64,000 bases of DNA, taken from NCBI RefSeq assembly GCF_006345805.1, contig NC_043008.1, positions 59,520,001 through 59,584,000 of the forward strand. Reading direction: 5' to 3'. This document shows, one piece after another, positions 43,131 through 56,911 of the stretch. Both the position numbers and the translations under genes were made by a program. Position 1 is the stretch's first letter. Each line of letters opens with the position of its first letter. Source of the stretch: Octopus sinensis. Its lineage: Eukaryota. The notes under the pieces are model-generated. The model was not told the DNA's origin. It was given only the letters and a program-made list of their open reading frames with translations, and did no database searches.

Positions 43131-43740
43131 GGGATTAGCGATAATATATTTATATCATATCTTAAAGGAAATGTGTACCGAAACAAACTTAGAAATTATG
43201 AAAAACTATTTGTGCATCTTATTTCGTGCCTTGATGATATATTTTCCCGTAAAAGTAATTGTTTTCATTTTATATAAATATATGAAGGGTTTTCGTGTGA
43301 TATTAAATATATGCACCTTCTTATATATCGTTTATGTCACATACATTGCTTACAGAAAATTATAAGATGTCACTGTTGTCACTTTCAATTTCTATCGTAA
43401 TTTAGATTCATTATTTTTAAGATAATTCACTTTCACAATTTTTACAACCGTAAACTTCATGTTAAACGAAAAATTTAATGTTTCTTTCGTCTGAGAGAGG
43501 AAACAATTTTTTTTTTTTTTTTTTTTTTTTCTTAGTTCTGAAACGTTAGGTTCCTCATTCTTCTTTTCACTGCATTGTGGAAACGTATCAAAACTCATGA
43601 ATTTCACTCAACCTCATGAATTAGGCGCAGTAAAATCATATCAGTTATCAGGTTGCAGATCGTACGGCAAAAATTTTGACGCCAATTAATAAATGCTTAC
43701 GTGAAGTTAACAGTCTTGGTAATATTTTTGCTAGCCAATA

Positions 43741-44250
43741 CCGTAAATCTTCGAGTATAATTCGTATTTTCCCCAAAAATTTAAAGGTCAAAATCCCTAG
43801 TGCGTACTATATACGAGGTTAAAAAGGAAAATTATTTTCTAAGCAATGTTCGAGTCTCTATTTGCTCTCCGGCAATATTTATTCAGACGCATTTTGTGAT
43901 GTCAGGCGCGAAAATATATTAAGCTAAGCCTGAAAGCAATGAACTCATAAAAGAATCATCCATAACTTGCAGTAAGCAACATTTATTAAATGTTATTACT
44001 GTTATTTCTTTATTTTCTGCAAATAAAATGCACAAAAAAGTTACACGTTTGCATTATGCTATATATACAATAATAATAAAGGACGTTACCGTATACAGTT
44101 TTACAAACCAAGGACGTTATATAGACCTCCTTGACTCAAGTTAGAAAAAGGGTGCGTATTATACACAAGGTTTGGGTTTTCAGAGGTACAGCCCCCTAAA
44201 AATCCCCTGCATATTATACTCAAGGGCGGATTATACTCCAGGATTTACGG
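43741..44250. mobile_element. Second copy of the same MITE, inverted relative to 20630-21149
   Basis: Same TIRs and TA TSDs. The internal sequence is the reverse complement of the first copy. Confidence 0.85.
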
Positions 44251-44607
44251 TATGTATCTAACATGTTACAATCGCTTTAGATTCAATAAACGGTCTCAGG
44301 TGAAACCACTAGCCAACTAAGAACACCTCCGATAGTGTATGGCTGTGTTTTCTGAAAAATAGAAATCAATATTTTACACTAAAACTAAACAGGAATTAAA
44401 GCAAAACGAAATGAAACGAACAAAACGAAAACGTGCGTCAATTTTAAGAAATGATTGTAGGAAGTGACCTTTTGTAAAATTTTCCTAAACATCGTGATAT
44501 CTTGAAAAATTAGGAATTTCGGCTACATTCATTTAACGAATAAATGTCAGAGTAGTTATTTCACTAATTGTTTAATTTTTCTTCGTTTTCAGTTCGTTTT
44601 GTTATCG

Positions 44608-44652
<45 letters not shown>

Positions 44653-45330
44653 ATTGTGTGTGAGTGCGAGCGTGCGTGTGTGTGTGTATGCGTGTGTCAT
44701 GCGTGTGTGTGTAAACACGATTAGACTTCGATTTTTTTGTATCCGATGTGTATTTTTAAATCAATATTCACACGCTATCATTTATGGCTCTTTCTGCTTC
44801 GAGTTTCACCGATATAATATATAAAATAACCATTTCGTCCATTAGTCTCCGTGCCGAATCGATGTGTACCCTACCTTCGGCTGATTTCAACAACTGATGT
44901 ACATTGTATGATTAATTAGGTGTCTTTAGTTCAACGACGGCTGATGTGATTAACAGTCACTAAAGTCAATGAAACTATAAGATTCTCGTGCAGTTGATTT
45001 TCAATAGCCTTGGGTTGACCCGTACATTATGAGTGAAATTCTATAGATAGTACCTGTAGAGAAACCTACTTGATGGATTCTACCTGTAACTCAAAGGTAC
45101 AGCCTCGTTCCACACTATGTCACGCTAATTCTACCTAAGAATTACGTTAAGGATAGACGTATCTGTGGAATACTCAGCTACCTACACGATAATTCAGGAT
45201 CAGGTAATTCAGTCGATTCAACAACTGGATACTCATCGGCGAAACCGACGGAGATCCATACACGCGTGCGCGCGCGCGCACACACACACATACATGGACG
45301 CGCGCACACACACACACATACGTACGTACA

Positions 45331-45533
45331 GCCGTTCAAGAATTTGGACCTGGAGATCTCCATTTCCAGCGACTTCGAGGGCCACCTCCCAGTGGTGTCG
45401 GGCGTCAACGAAGAGCCCTCGACTACAACAAGACGACCAAAGTTTTTTTTTCCAAGGTCTGGGGTTTCCCGCCCCTAAGCCCCAGACCATCACCTAATCA
45501 CCCTTACCCGTCTTGTTGCTTAACAACAACAAC
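45331..45533 (+). mobile_element. About 200-bp GC-rich retroposon, copy 2, with (AAC)n tail
   Basis: 12-bp TSD TACGTACGTACA at 45319-45330 and 45534-45545. Confidence 0.8.
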
Positions 45534-46875
45534 TACGTACGTACACATACAAACATGCATGAAGGTTGACTCGTCTTTGTCAGGTGATAGACTTCTCACA
45601 TTCAGGCTGATTGTTCTAATCTACCTTCATCCTTGCATGTGTGCCAAGCATGCATTACCATAGGACATTATTCGATAAAAAAGAAAACGGATCAAGAAAT
45701 GAAATAATAATAAGAAATCTATACGTCATTGTGTTTAAATGACAAAAGCTTGTACAAACATTTTTACCTGTCTCTCGGTTGCCATGGTAGGTTCCAGTTA
45801 TAAGCACGATGATTGGTACTATTTTGACTACAAGTTTTATATCAGAGTATTTTTCTCAGCTGAGTTGGTATCAAACGGCTTAAATTTATACACATTATTG
45901 AGTTAGTATTTGCTTCTCCCTAGAGGCGGTGAGATAGCAGAAACGTTAGCACACCAGGCAGAAATGCTTAGCGGTATTTCGTGTGCCGTTACGGTCTGAG
46001 TTCAAATTCCGCCGAGGTCGACTTTGCCTTTCATCCTTTTGGGGTCGATTAAATAAGTACCAGTTACGCACTGAGGTCGATGTAATCGACTTAATCCCTT
46101 TGTCTGGCCTTGTTTGTTTCCTCGATGTTTAGCACCCCCCGTGAGCAATAAAGAAATAAATATTTTCTTCTCTTCTCTATAAATATTAATCAGATTTTTC
46201 CATCTGCAGGTCTTGGCTTGACTATACATAAAGAGAAAGAAGTGGAATAAACGGAGAAAACGAAAAACAAAGGAGCGAAAAAATATAAGAAAAAGATAGA
46301 TGTGGGGAAAATAAGAGTTAATTTAATATTTCATTTCACTTTTCTTTTTTTTTTTCAGTTTTTATTTGTTTCAGTCAATTAGATTACGCTATGCTGGGGT
46401 AACATCTTGAAGGGTTTAGTCGAAAACATCGCCCCTAATGGGGTTGTTTTTTTTTTATCTATTCTATCGGTCTCTTTTTGTCAAACCGCTTTGTTACGGG
46501 GACGTAAACACACCGATACCGGGTTTTCAAACGATAATGGGGACAAAGATACACACAGACGCACACACACACACACACATACACACAAACATATATGTGT
46601 ATATGTACACACACACACACACATAAATATGTGTGTATGTGTGTGTATATATATATAGATATATATTCTTTTTTCTTTTACTTGTTTCAGTCATTTGACT
46701 GTGGCCATGCTGGAGCACCGCCTTGACGGATGATTTTAGTCAATCCAATCGACACCAGGATTTTCTTTTTAAACCTAGTACTTTATTGCCGAACCGCTAA
46801 TCTACGGGGATGTAAACACACCTAAACCGGTTGTCGAGCGGTGATGGGGGGACAAGCACAGACATAAAGGCACAA

Positions 46876-46917
<42 letters not shown>

Positions 46918-47154
46918 CGGGCTTCTTTCAGTTTCTGTCTACTAAATCCATTCACAAGGCTTTGGCCGGCCCGCTCAAGGCTATAGTAGAAGACCCTTGC
47001 CCAAGGCGATACGCTGTAGAACTGAACCTGGGATCATGTGATTGGGAAGCAGCCATATATATATTCGACTTTCACTCTCTGTCTACCGAATCCAATCACA
47101 AGGCCTTGGTCAGTCCGAAGTTATAGCAGAAAACACTTGCCTAAGGTGTCATGC

Positions 47155-47537
47155 GTGGAGGCGCAATGGCCCAGTGGTTAGGGCAGCGGACTCGCGGTCG
47201 TAGGATCGCGGTTTCGATTCCCAGACCGGGCGTTGTGAGTGTTTATTGAGCGAAAACACCTAAAAGCTCCACGAGGCTCCGGCAGGGATGGTGGTGATCC
47301 CTGCTGTACTCTTTCACCACAACTTTCTCTCACTCTTACTTCCTGTTTCTGTTGTACCTGTATTTCAAAGGGCCGGCCTTGTCACTCTCTGTGTCACGCT
47401 GAATATCCCCGAGAACTACGTTAAGGGTACACGTGTCTGTGGAGTGCTCAGCCACTTACACGTTAATTTCACGAGCAGGCTCTTCCGTTGATCGGATCAA
47501 CCGGAACCCTCGTCGTCGTAACCGACGGAGTGCTTCC
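47155..47537 (+). mobile_element. SINE family C (tRNA-Arg-like head), nested in a family A SINE
   Basis: Head GTGGAGGCGCAATGGCCCAGTGGTTAGGGCAGCGGACTCGCGG and TSD GTGTCATGC. Confidence 0.9.
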
Positions 47538-47694
47538 AATGTGTCATGCAGTGGGATTGAACCCGAAACCATGTTGTTAGGAAGTAAACTTCTTACTACA
47601 TGGCGACGCCTGCGCCTATGTTTTTTTTTTCTTTTTTTTACCTACATTTTAAATTTTATATTTATTCTATTTATTTTTTTTTTATTCATTTTAG

Positions 47695-47892
47695 GTTGAA
47701 ATAATTCCCTGGGGACCTGCCGTCATATTTTCCTCCGGATGTTTCATCGCCAACCTACTTATTCTCTTGTTACCAGAAAGTCGTGGCAGGCAGCTGCCCC
47801 AGACAATCGCCGATGTGGAAGGATGGTTGAAGAAAGACAAAAAGAAGAAAATTAAAAATGTAGACGAAATCAAGGCACTCACTAAGGAATAG
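47695..47892 (+). CDS. SLC22: SLC22-family transporter terminal coding exon (TM12 and C-tail)
   Basis: ttttag|GTT ... GAA TAG. Translates VEIIPWGPAVIFSSG...LLPESRGRQLPQTIADVE, corresponding to the LPETKG-x-LP-x-T motif. The eight exons total 1437 nt = 479 codons including stop. Confidence 0.93.
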   Translation, partial: VEIIPWGPAVIFSSGCFIANLLILLLPESRGRQLPQTIADVEGWLKKDKKKKIKNVDEIKALTKE

Positions 47893-48689
47893 CCAAGCTG
47901 TTTTGTTTTACTCCATTTTTCTTTTTTTTTTTGTCTTGAATTTTTTTTTTTTTTACATTTACCTTGCATCGGATCATACAAAATGGAAAACGCACAAAGG
48001 TTTTCGTCCATATTAAAATGGTTGGTTACATATTCCTAAATATGAAGGGTTTCTTCTTGTTAATGATAAAATCTGTTCGGACACTTGGACAGAAATATTG
48101 TTCCCAACAGCTTTTTGCTTTGTTATTATTATTAAGTTTAGATGATCGACAACATCAGATGTCTTATAATAATATGGGTCGCCTGCCAACAATAACAACT
48201 ACTACGGTTTCAGCAACAACAACTGCAACAAAATGAATATAGCCAAGACACAAAAGATTTAGAAACAAACATACAAATATATGTATATTCTTTTATTCGT
48301 TTACTGGTTTCATTCATTTCACTGCGGTCATGCTGGAGCACCGCCTTGAAGGTTTTTATATTTTAGTCAAAGGAATCGATCCCACGACTTATTCTTTGTA
48401 AGCCTTGTACTTATTCAATAGGTCTCTTTTGTCGAACCCTCCAAGTTATGGGGATGTAAACACACCAACACCGGTTGGAGTACAAACACAAGCACAAAGA
48501 CACCCATTGCCACACATTATATATTCGACGAGGCTTCTTTCAGTTTCCATCTACCGAATCCACTCACAAGACTTTGGTCTGTCGGAGACTATAGTAGAAG
48601 ACACTTGCTCAAGGTGTCACGCAGTGGGACTGAACCTGGAACCATATGGTTGGGAGACAAGCTTCTTACTACACACCCGCGCTTCCGCC

Positions 48690-48781
<92 letters not shown>

Positions 48782-48786
48782 ATAAA

Positions 48787-48853
<67 letters not shown>

Positions 48854-48923
48854 TGAGGGAATATTATTCCAAACTTACAGGGAAAAATTCAATTTAGAAA
48901 TACTAAATCAAATTTCACAAAAT

Positions 48924-48964
<41 letters not shown>

Positions 48965-49852
48965 TAGAAATTTGCGGGGAGAGGGGACCACACGATTAGA
49001 TCGACCTCAGTAAGCAACTGGTACTCAAGTTATCCATCCCGATAGGATAAAAGGCGAAGTCGACTATATATATATATATATATATAGAAAATAGTAAAAA
49101 GTGAAAAAACTACAGAAGGCTTGTTTTAAAAAGTTAAAAAATATATATTTGAGTCATTATGTCAGAAGAATATTATAAATTTTTTTCATACAGTGACATA
49201 GTTTTTAAAGAAATTACCGGTTTCGTGTTTAACTTTTCAAATTTCTCAAAACATTGTTATGATTTCGTTAAGAAGTGTAAAGAAGAGTTCCAGGTAAGGG
49301 GAGGTAATAAGTGATTTCTTCCGGTGTAAGGGAGATAATCGCTTTATATTTCTTGCCTTTTTTTAATGGGGTGAGTTTCTCTGTGTATATATATATGTAT
49401 ATATATATAGTTTTATTTTTTAGTATTATACTTTTTGTATTTTTTCTGTTTCCTCTTCGTCTTTTCTTCGTTTTCTTCTATTTCTTATAATTCATCTTTT
49501 TTTATATATAGCTTTGCTTCTATTTTCTCTCCCTCTTTTTCTTCTTACGGGAATGCTTTTTGCCATCAGAAATGATAGCACAATCCCTGATCAGGTTTCT
49601 CTAAATTGAAGTTTATCGTTAAATACCTTAAATGAAATTTATGGAGACATGAAACAATGCTTTTGTTTTTCCTTTCTATTTTGACACTTTAATTTATACT
49701 TTCTTATCAGCTTGTCGACTCACAAGTTTATCCATAAGCAGCCTGGAGCATTTCACAAGTCTCTGTAGTGTTTTCGTCCGGTTTAACATAAAATTTTATT
49801 GCACAGTGAGTCTTCAAAAATGTCTTCACGTCTCGCCCGCACTTTGCATACA

Positions 49853-50238
49853 TGGAAGCACTCCGTCGGTTACGACGACGAGGCTTCCGGTTGATCCGAA
49901 TCAACGGAACAGCCTGCTCGTGAAATTAACGTGTAAGTGGCTGAGCACTCCACAGACACGTGTTCCCTTAACGTAGTTCTCGGGGATATTCAGCGTGACA
50001 CAGAGAGTGACAAGGCCGGCCCTTTGAAATACAGGTACAACAGAAACAGGAAGTAAGAGTGAGAGAAAGTTGTGGTGAAAGAGTACGGCAGGGATCACCA
50101 CCATCCCCTGCCGGAGCCTCGTGGAGCTTTAGCTGTTTTCGCTCAATAAACACTCACAACGCCCGGTCTGGGAATCGAAACCGCGATCCTATGACCGCGA
50201 GTCCGCTGCCCTAACCACTGGGCCATTGCGCCTCCACT
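49853..50238 (-). mobile_element. SINE family C
   Basis: Near-identical to 47155-47537; 12-bp TSD ACTTTGCATACA. Confidence 0.9.
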
Positions 50239-50651
50239 ACTTTGCATACAAATCACCTGTTACAAGCAGTGTTCATTAGGGTGTGTTCAAAGTGTAGTTA
50301 CAGTAGTCTCCTTCAATCTGGGATAACAAAATTTGGCAGGTCAGCTTATTAGATGCTTAGAATGATACACTAAAATCACAAGTTATGGAGCGAAAATCTG
50401 AGGCACTATATTTTTGTTTTATTTCATTTTTTATATTATTTTTCTAAGAAATCTGTTATTTGTTCATTGAATAAAAATTTCTTTGATGAATTATTTCTCT
50501 CTGGCTCCATCTATAACGCTATGCTTCCTCATATCCCAAGCTGTTACGGTACAAGCGTACAATCAACAGCGAGAAAAACACCCAGGTATGTTCTTACGTT
50601 AGATTTGTTATATGTCGATACATGCATATATATGAGTTTTCATCCGTGTGC

Positions 50652-50695
<44 letters not shown>

Positions 50696-50783
50696 GTGTG
50701 TGTGTGTGTGTATGTATATATACACAGACACATATATATATATGTATACATATACATACATATTTATGTAGATAGTCACACAG

Positions 50784-51045
50784 TTTCTCTCTCTCTCTCT
50801 TCTCTCTCTTTCTCTTTCGCTCTCTCTCTCTCTCTTTCGCTCTCTCTCTCTCTCTCTTTCTCTTTCGCTCTCTCTCTCTCTTTCTCTTTCGCTCTCTCTC
50901 TCTCTCTCTTTCGTTCTCTCTCTCTCTTTCTCTTTCGCTCTCTCTCTCTCTCTTTCGCTCTCTCTCTCTCTCTCTGTATTCTCTTTCGCTCTCTCTCTCT
51001 TTCGCTCTCTCTCTCTCTCTCTCTCTCCCTCTCTCTCTCTCTCTC
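50784..51045. repeat. (CT)n array with periodic TTCG interruptions
   Basis: Direct inspection; source of the RE/ER ORF artefacts. Confidence 0.95.
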
Positions 51046-51508
51046 CATATATACATACATACATATACCAAGACAGATTTAGCCAAGATGCTTTCTCGAG
51101 ACGACTACCGCAGTTTCCAGGCTTTCAACAGTATATCTGCGTTAAGTATGATTATGATTTCCAGAATGCTCTTTTGAACTAATATTGCTTCTATTGCTAA
51201 TAAAGAATACACATACAACGATTTACAATATACCCTTAGCTCGGTTGTTGGAATATAGGGAGCAGCTACAACAGCCATTGCTAGAGGTAGAATTTCAAAG
51301 ACCTTTTCTTAAATTTGAAAGAAGCTTCATCTTAAACAAAATTTAAGGTTGTGAAATATTTTTAATTGTATTTTTATTGAAGATTCAATAATACTTATGT
51401 TGAAGTGAAACTATTCCTTTAGTAAGATGAAGAAATTTTACCTATAAAGGTTACCTTATCTACGCTATGATGGATATATATAGTTTATGGGTCTTTTTCT
51501 ATTCCAGT

Positions 51509-51899
51509 GTGGAGGCGCAATGGCCAAGTGGTTAGGGCAGCGGACTCGCAGTCATAGGATTGCGGTTTCGATTCCCAGACCGGGCGTTGTGAGTGTTTAT
51601 TGAGCGAAAACACCTAAAAGCTCCACGAGGCTCCGGCAGGGAATGGTGGTGATCCCTGCTGTACTCTTTCACCACAACTTTCTCTCACTCTTACTTCCTG
51701 TTTCTATTGTACCTGTATTTCAAAGGGCCGGCCTTGTCACTCTCTGTGTCACGCTGAATATCCCCGAGAACTACGTTAAGGGTACACGTGTCTGTGGAGT
51801 GCTCAGCCACTTACACGTTAATTTCACGAGCAGGCTGTTCCGTTGATTCGGATCAACCGGAACCCTCATCGTCGTAACCGACGGAGTGCTTCCATCCAT
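51509..51899 (+). mobile_element. SINE family C
   Basis: Near-identical copy with TSD CTATTCCAGT and a (CCAT)n tail. Confidence 0.9.
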
Positions 51900-54005
51900 C
51901 TATTCCAGTTTAATCAACCTGATTCAATGCTTTACTATCTTTCATTTCTTATTTATTGGTTATTTATAATCTGTTCTGAACGTATTTTATTTAACTATGC
52001 TGATATTTACTTCAATATTAAAGCGGTGACCAGGCAGAATCGTTAGCATATCCCGTTCGTTCTGACGTTCAGAGTTCAAATCCCAGCCAAGATCGACTTT
52101 ACTTTTCATCTTTTCGGGGTCGATAAAATAAGTACCAGTTGAGCACTGGGGTTGACATAATCGGGAGAATCCCCGGAAATTGCTGGCCTTGTGCCAAAAT
52201 TTGAAACCAATATTTATTCAAATATTCTTTTCTACTCTAGGCACAAGGCCCGAAATTTTGGGGGAGGGGGACCGGTTGATTATATCGACCCCGGTACGCA
52301 ACTGGTACTTAATTTATCTACCTCGAAAGGATAAAAGGCAAAGTCGACCTGCGTGGAATTTGAACTCAGAACGTAAAGACAGACGAAATACCTATATATT
52401 TACTACCCACAAGGGGCTAAACACAGAGGACAAACAAGGGCAGACAAACGGATTAAGTCGATTACATCGACCCCAGTGTGTAACTATGAGGTTGGTAAGC
52501 AAGCTACTTACCACACAGCCAATCCTGCACCTATGTATGTATGTATGTATGTACGAATGTATGCATGTATGTATGTATGTATGTATGTATGTATGTATGT
52601 ATGTGTGTATGTACGAATGTATGCATGTATGTATGTATGTATGTATGTACGAATGTATGCATGTATGTATGTATGTACGAATGTATGTATGTAAGTATGT
52701 TTGCATGTATGTATATATGTGTGTGTGCGCACGTGCGCGTCAGTATTTGTGTGTTTGTATGTGTGTATGATTGTATTTATGGGTGTGCATGTGTAGATAT
52801 GCACACGAACCCGTGAGTATGGAATCGTGCGTGTGTGCGTGTGTGAGCACGAATATGTGTATGTGCATGAGAGAGAGAGAGAGTGTGTGTGTGTGTGTAT
52901 TTGTATGTGAATATGTGTGTACTTGTGGATGTGTGTTTGAGTTAGTGTCTGCATCTGTGTGCGCACGGATGTGTGTTTGTATGTGATTATGTGTTATATG
53001 TGTGCGTATGTGGGTGGATGTGTGCTCGTGTCTGTGTGTGTGTATATATGTGTATATGTATGTGCGCGATCTCAGTGAGTAATAAACAATTCGATCTTCA
53101 AGAAAACTTCAAGGCAGCGAATTTAAAAAACAGAAAAATATGTAAAATTCTTCGTTAATTACAAGATTTTATTGCGTGTGAATATGGAAAGGAATTACAC
53201 TTTTGCTTGGCTGTAAAACCCACAGGAATGGTCTTTTAACCATAAAAGAAAGGTTTCTGAGAGTAAAAACTTCATCTTTAAGGTCCATAGAATTGTTGGA
53301 TACGCAAAGACAATATTAGGTTCGAAATAAAATACTCTGCAAAAACCTTATAGATACTTTCCGGTTCATTGAAATAGATTTTTTAAATTTTATGTTCTGG
53401 AGACAGATTTATTCAGGGCCGAAACATAGATTCAGTTTTCGTAGTCAAAACTCTAAAATTACCCCCCCCCCCCACCGGGTTTCAAATTCACTCCCACGGC
53501 ATGGCACCCTGGCCAAATTTCTTCTTCTATAGGCGCAGGAGTGGCTGTGTGGTAAGTAGCTCGCTTACCAACCACGTGGTTCCGGGTTCAGTCCCACTGC
53601 GTGGCACCTTGGGCAAGTGTCTTCTACTATAGCCTTGTGAGTGGATTTGGTAGACGGAAACTGAAAGAAGCCTGTCGTATATATGTATATATATATATAT
53701 GTATGTGTGTGTGTTTGTGTTTGTCCCCCCAACATCGTTTGACAACCGATGCTGGTGTGTTTACGTCCCCGTCACTTAGCGGTTCGGCAAGAGAGACCGA
53801 TAGAATAAGTACTAGGCTTACAAAGAATAAGTCCTGGGGTCGATTTGCTCGACTAAAGGCGGTGCTCCAGCATGGCCGCAGTCAAATAACTGAAACAAGT
53901 AAAAGAGTATAGCTCCGAGCTGACCAAATCGTTGTGAGTGGATTTGATAGGCGGAAACTGAAAGAAGCCCGTCGTATGTGTTCGCTCGCGCGCATGTGTG
54001 TATGG

Positions 54006-54101
<96 letters not shown>

Positions 54102-54957
54102 TTATGTTTGCGTCTTACCCCAACAACGCCGCTTGACAATTGATGTTGATTGGTTTATTCTTCCCGTAACTTCGCGATTCAACAAAAGTGACCCATAGAA
54201 TAAATTCTACACTTTAAAAAATAAGTTCTAGGAACGATTTGCGTGGCTGAAACTCTTCAAGGTGATGCCTCAGCTCAGCCTGGCCGCAGTCCAAGGACTT
54301 GAAGCAAGTATAAGATGAAAGATAAAGATTTATTTCCTTATTGCCACTCTTTACTCTTTACTCTTTACTCTTTTACTTGTTTCAGTCATTTGACTGCGGC
54401 CATGCTGGAGCAGCGCCTTTAGTCGAGCATATCGACCCCAGGACTTATTCTTTGTAAACCTAGTACTTATTCTATCGGGCTTTCTTGCCGAACCGCTAAG
54501 TGACGGGGACCTAAACACACCAGCATCGGTTATCAAGCGATGTTGGGGGCACAAACTTAGATACACAAACATATACACGCATACATACATATACATACAT
54601 AATACGACGGACTTCTTTCAGTTTCCGCATACCAAATCCACTCACAAGACTTTTGGTCGGCCCGAGGCTATAGTAGAAAACACTTGCCCAAGGTGCCACG
54701 CAGTGGGAATGAACCCGGAACCATGTGGTTGGTAAGCAAGCTACTTACCACATTGCCAGTTAAAAAAACCCATTAAAAAGTATCAGTCAAACACTAGGTC
54801 AATTTGATCCAGAACATATTAAAATCTCATAGAGGTTCATTAAGCCAGATCTTATCCCGGTTTGTTGTGAAGGTGCGTGGCTAAGTGGTTAGGGGTTTTC
54901 AGCTTACGTCGTGAGTTCTTCTTTCAATTTACATCTACCAAATCCACTCACAATGTT

Positions 54958-55700
54958 ACAGGTGTTCGAATTTTCGGAATTTTCGGAATTTTCAGCCAAT
55001 CAGAAAACAGCGCATTCGCTGCCTCTTCCATCATCTGTCACAGCAGCGAGAAGTGGGGTGGGCACCGGCATGTCAAAACATTAAACCAGCTTCAGTAAAC
55101 AGTGAAAAACATTGGCGGGCAAAATAAATATTTAAAAGCTACGAGCAAACTAACAGGAGTTGCTAGAAATAACAGTCAAAACATTGCTTAAAACAGACAT
55201 TTATTAGACAAAAAAACTCAAGAAGGGAAGTTCGCAATACACTCTAGGATTTTATAAAATAAATTATCTTTCTCATATCTCTTTTTCCACATAAATTCAC
55301 AAAGGTAAGAGTCAACCATGGAACGGTGTGTCCCACACTGGTGTTTGTTTCCACACTTCAAAGACGCCCAGGTACTTTCAACTTGTTGATTACACTCAAT
55401 GTGGTGGTTACACTCCTTGTGCGCATGCGCAGCATCTTTGATTACTACGGAAATAGAGTCCTTCGCAATCAGCTTTGGAACACGTGGTGCTTCTTTGCTT
55501 AATATGCTAACAGAACTTCACGGCGATGTGTAAAATTCTCGCTTCTGATTGGTTAAAATACCCAAATTTTGAAAATTTTAAAGGCTAGTAACTTTTTAAT
55601 TATGAATTTATAGGGAAAATGAATTTCATTTTCATGATTAGTTAACAAAACTTCATCCATATACCAAATTTGAAAACAATTGGAACAAAATTGTAGACAG
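54958..55700. mobile_element. Unclassified DNA-transposon-like element with subterminal inverted CCAATCAGAA motifs
   Basis: TTTTCAGCCAATCAGAA near 55000 pairs with TTCTGATTGGTTAAAA near 55545. Termini and TSD not identified. Confidence 0.3.
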
Positions 55701-56646
55701 CGGCGTCAACCACAAAGATCTTCACCCACGATCGCTTAACAACCGGTAATGGTGTGTTTATGTCCTTGTAGGTTAACGGTTCGGCAAAAGAGACAGATAG
55801 AATAAGTACCAGTATTTTTAAAAAATATAACTACTGGAGTCATTTCATCCGACTAAAATTCTTCAAGACGGTGCCCCAGCATGGCCGCAATCTAATGACT
55901 GAAACAAGAAAATATCATTAGTTAATGAATAGCATTTATAATGAATTATTTGCATTAGAGTAATAGTTTTATAAGACCCCCGTACAAGTTGTATCTCGGA
56001 TGAACAAAGAGAGCATTAAAGCTTCCCTAGAGAGCGCATTACTAATGTGGAGATAACCGTGAACTATACCTTACAGCAATGAAATTCAATGAACATCACA
56101 GATTAAAATGGTTTTCACCTAATGACATCAGGATTTGTAGATATAACCGAAATATAACGAAGAAATATGAAAGACTGCAGTTGCCATCGCTAATGCGATT
56201 ATCGTCGCTTTCAAGCTGCATCAGAAGAATCTTCGTACACCAATTGCAAACAATTATAAATGGATTCCTTATAGAAATCCCGATCATGCTTCGTTTTCGG
56301 TTTTAATCAAAATTCAATATTACTGCAATAATGATGAAAACTTCGATATTTCAGTTGAAAAGTGTCTTTTGTCTTGCCTTATTAAATTCTGTTGCTGCTG
56401 GTGTAGTCGCTGCTAATCGATGTTCTTACAGTTGTTCTTGTTCTTGTTCTTGCCACTGCTGCTGTTGATGATGATGATGATGATGATGATGTTGTTGCTT
56501 TAAATCCCAAAATCGATGCACAGCAAGATTAAACAGAGTTCAACGCTAAAGATAAAACCATTTCTACTGGTATACAGTTTCGATCTAGTCAACATATACA
56601 ATTACGTCAGAAATAATACGGAAAATAAACGATTGAACATTTATTA

Positions 56647-56911
56647 GTTGCATATTCTGTTGTGTCTGGCGAGAGTCATTTTCGTTTTCCACTTTTTTCT
56701 TATTTTTATTTTCCTAAAATTTTCGTTTCATCTTGAAACCTTTTCAATAGTCTTCCATTTATTTCTTATTTTTATTTTCCTAAAATAGTCAAGACTATTG
56801 AAAAAGTTGCAAGACGCAACGAAAATTATAGGAAAATAAAAATGTGAAATAAGTGGAAATTTTACCGGTGAGAAAATGACTCTCCCCAGACACAACTGAA
56901 TATGCTTCAAC
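56647..56911. mobile_element. Older foldback MITE-like element
   Basis: GCATATTCTGTTGTGTCTGGCGAGAGTCATTTTC pairs with GAAAATGACTCTCCCCAGACACAACTGAATATGC. Imperfect arms of about 105 bp. Confidence 0.7.

Noticed and set aside
47155-47230. tRNA-Arg-like sequence as a genuine tRNA gene
   Set aside because: It is the head of a SINE with a body, tail and TSD, and the cloverleaf is imperfect.
51090-51310. Hydrophobic minus-strand reading frame with a PTTELR segment
   Set aside because: No in-frame acceptor and no real match to SLC22 motifs.
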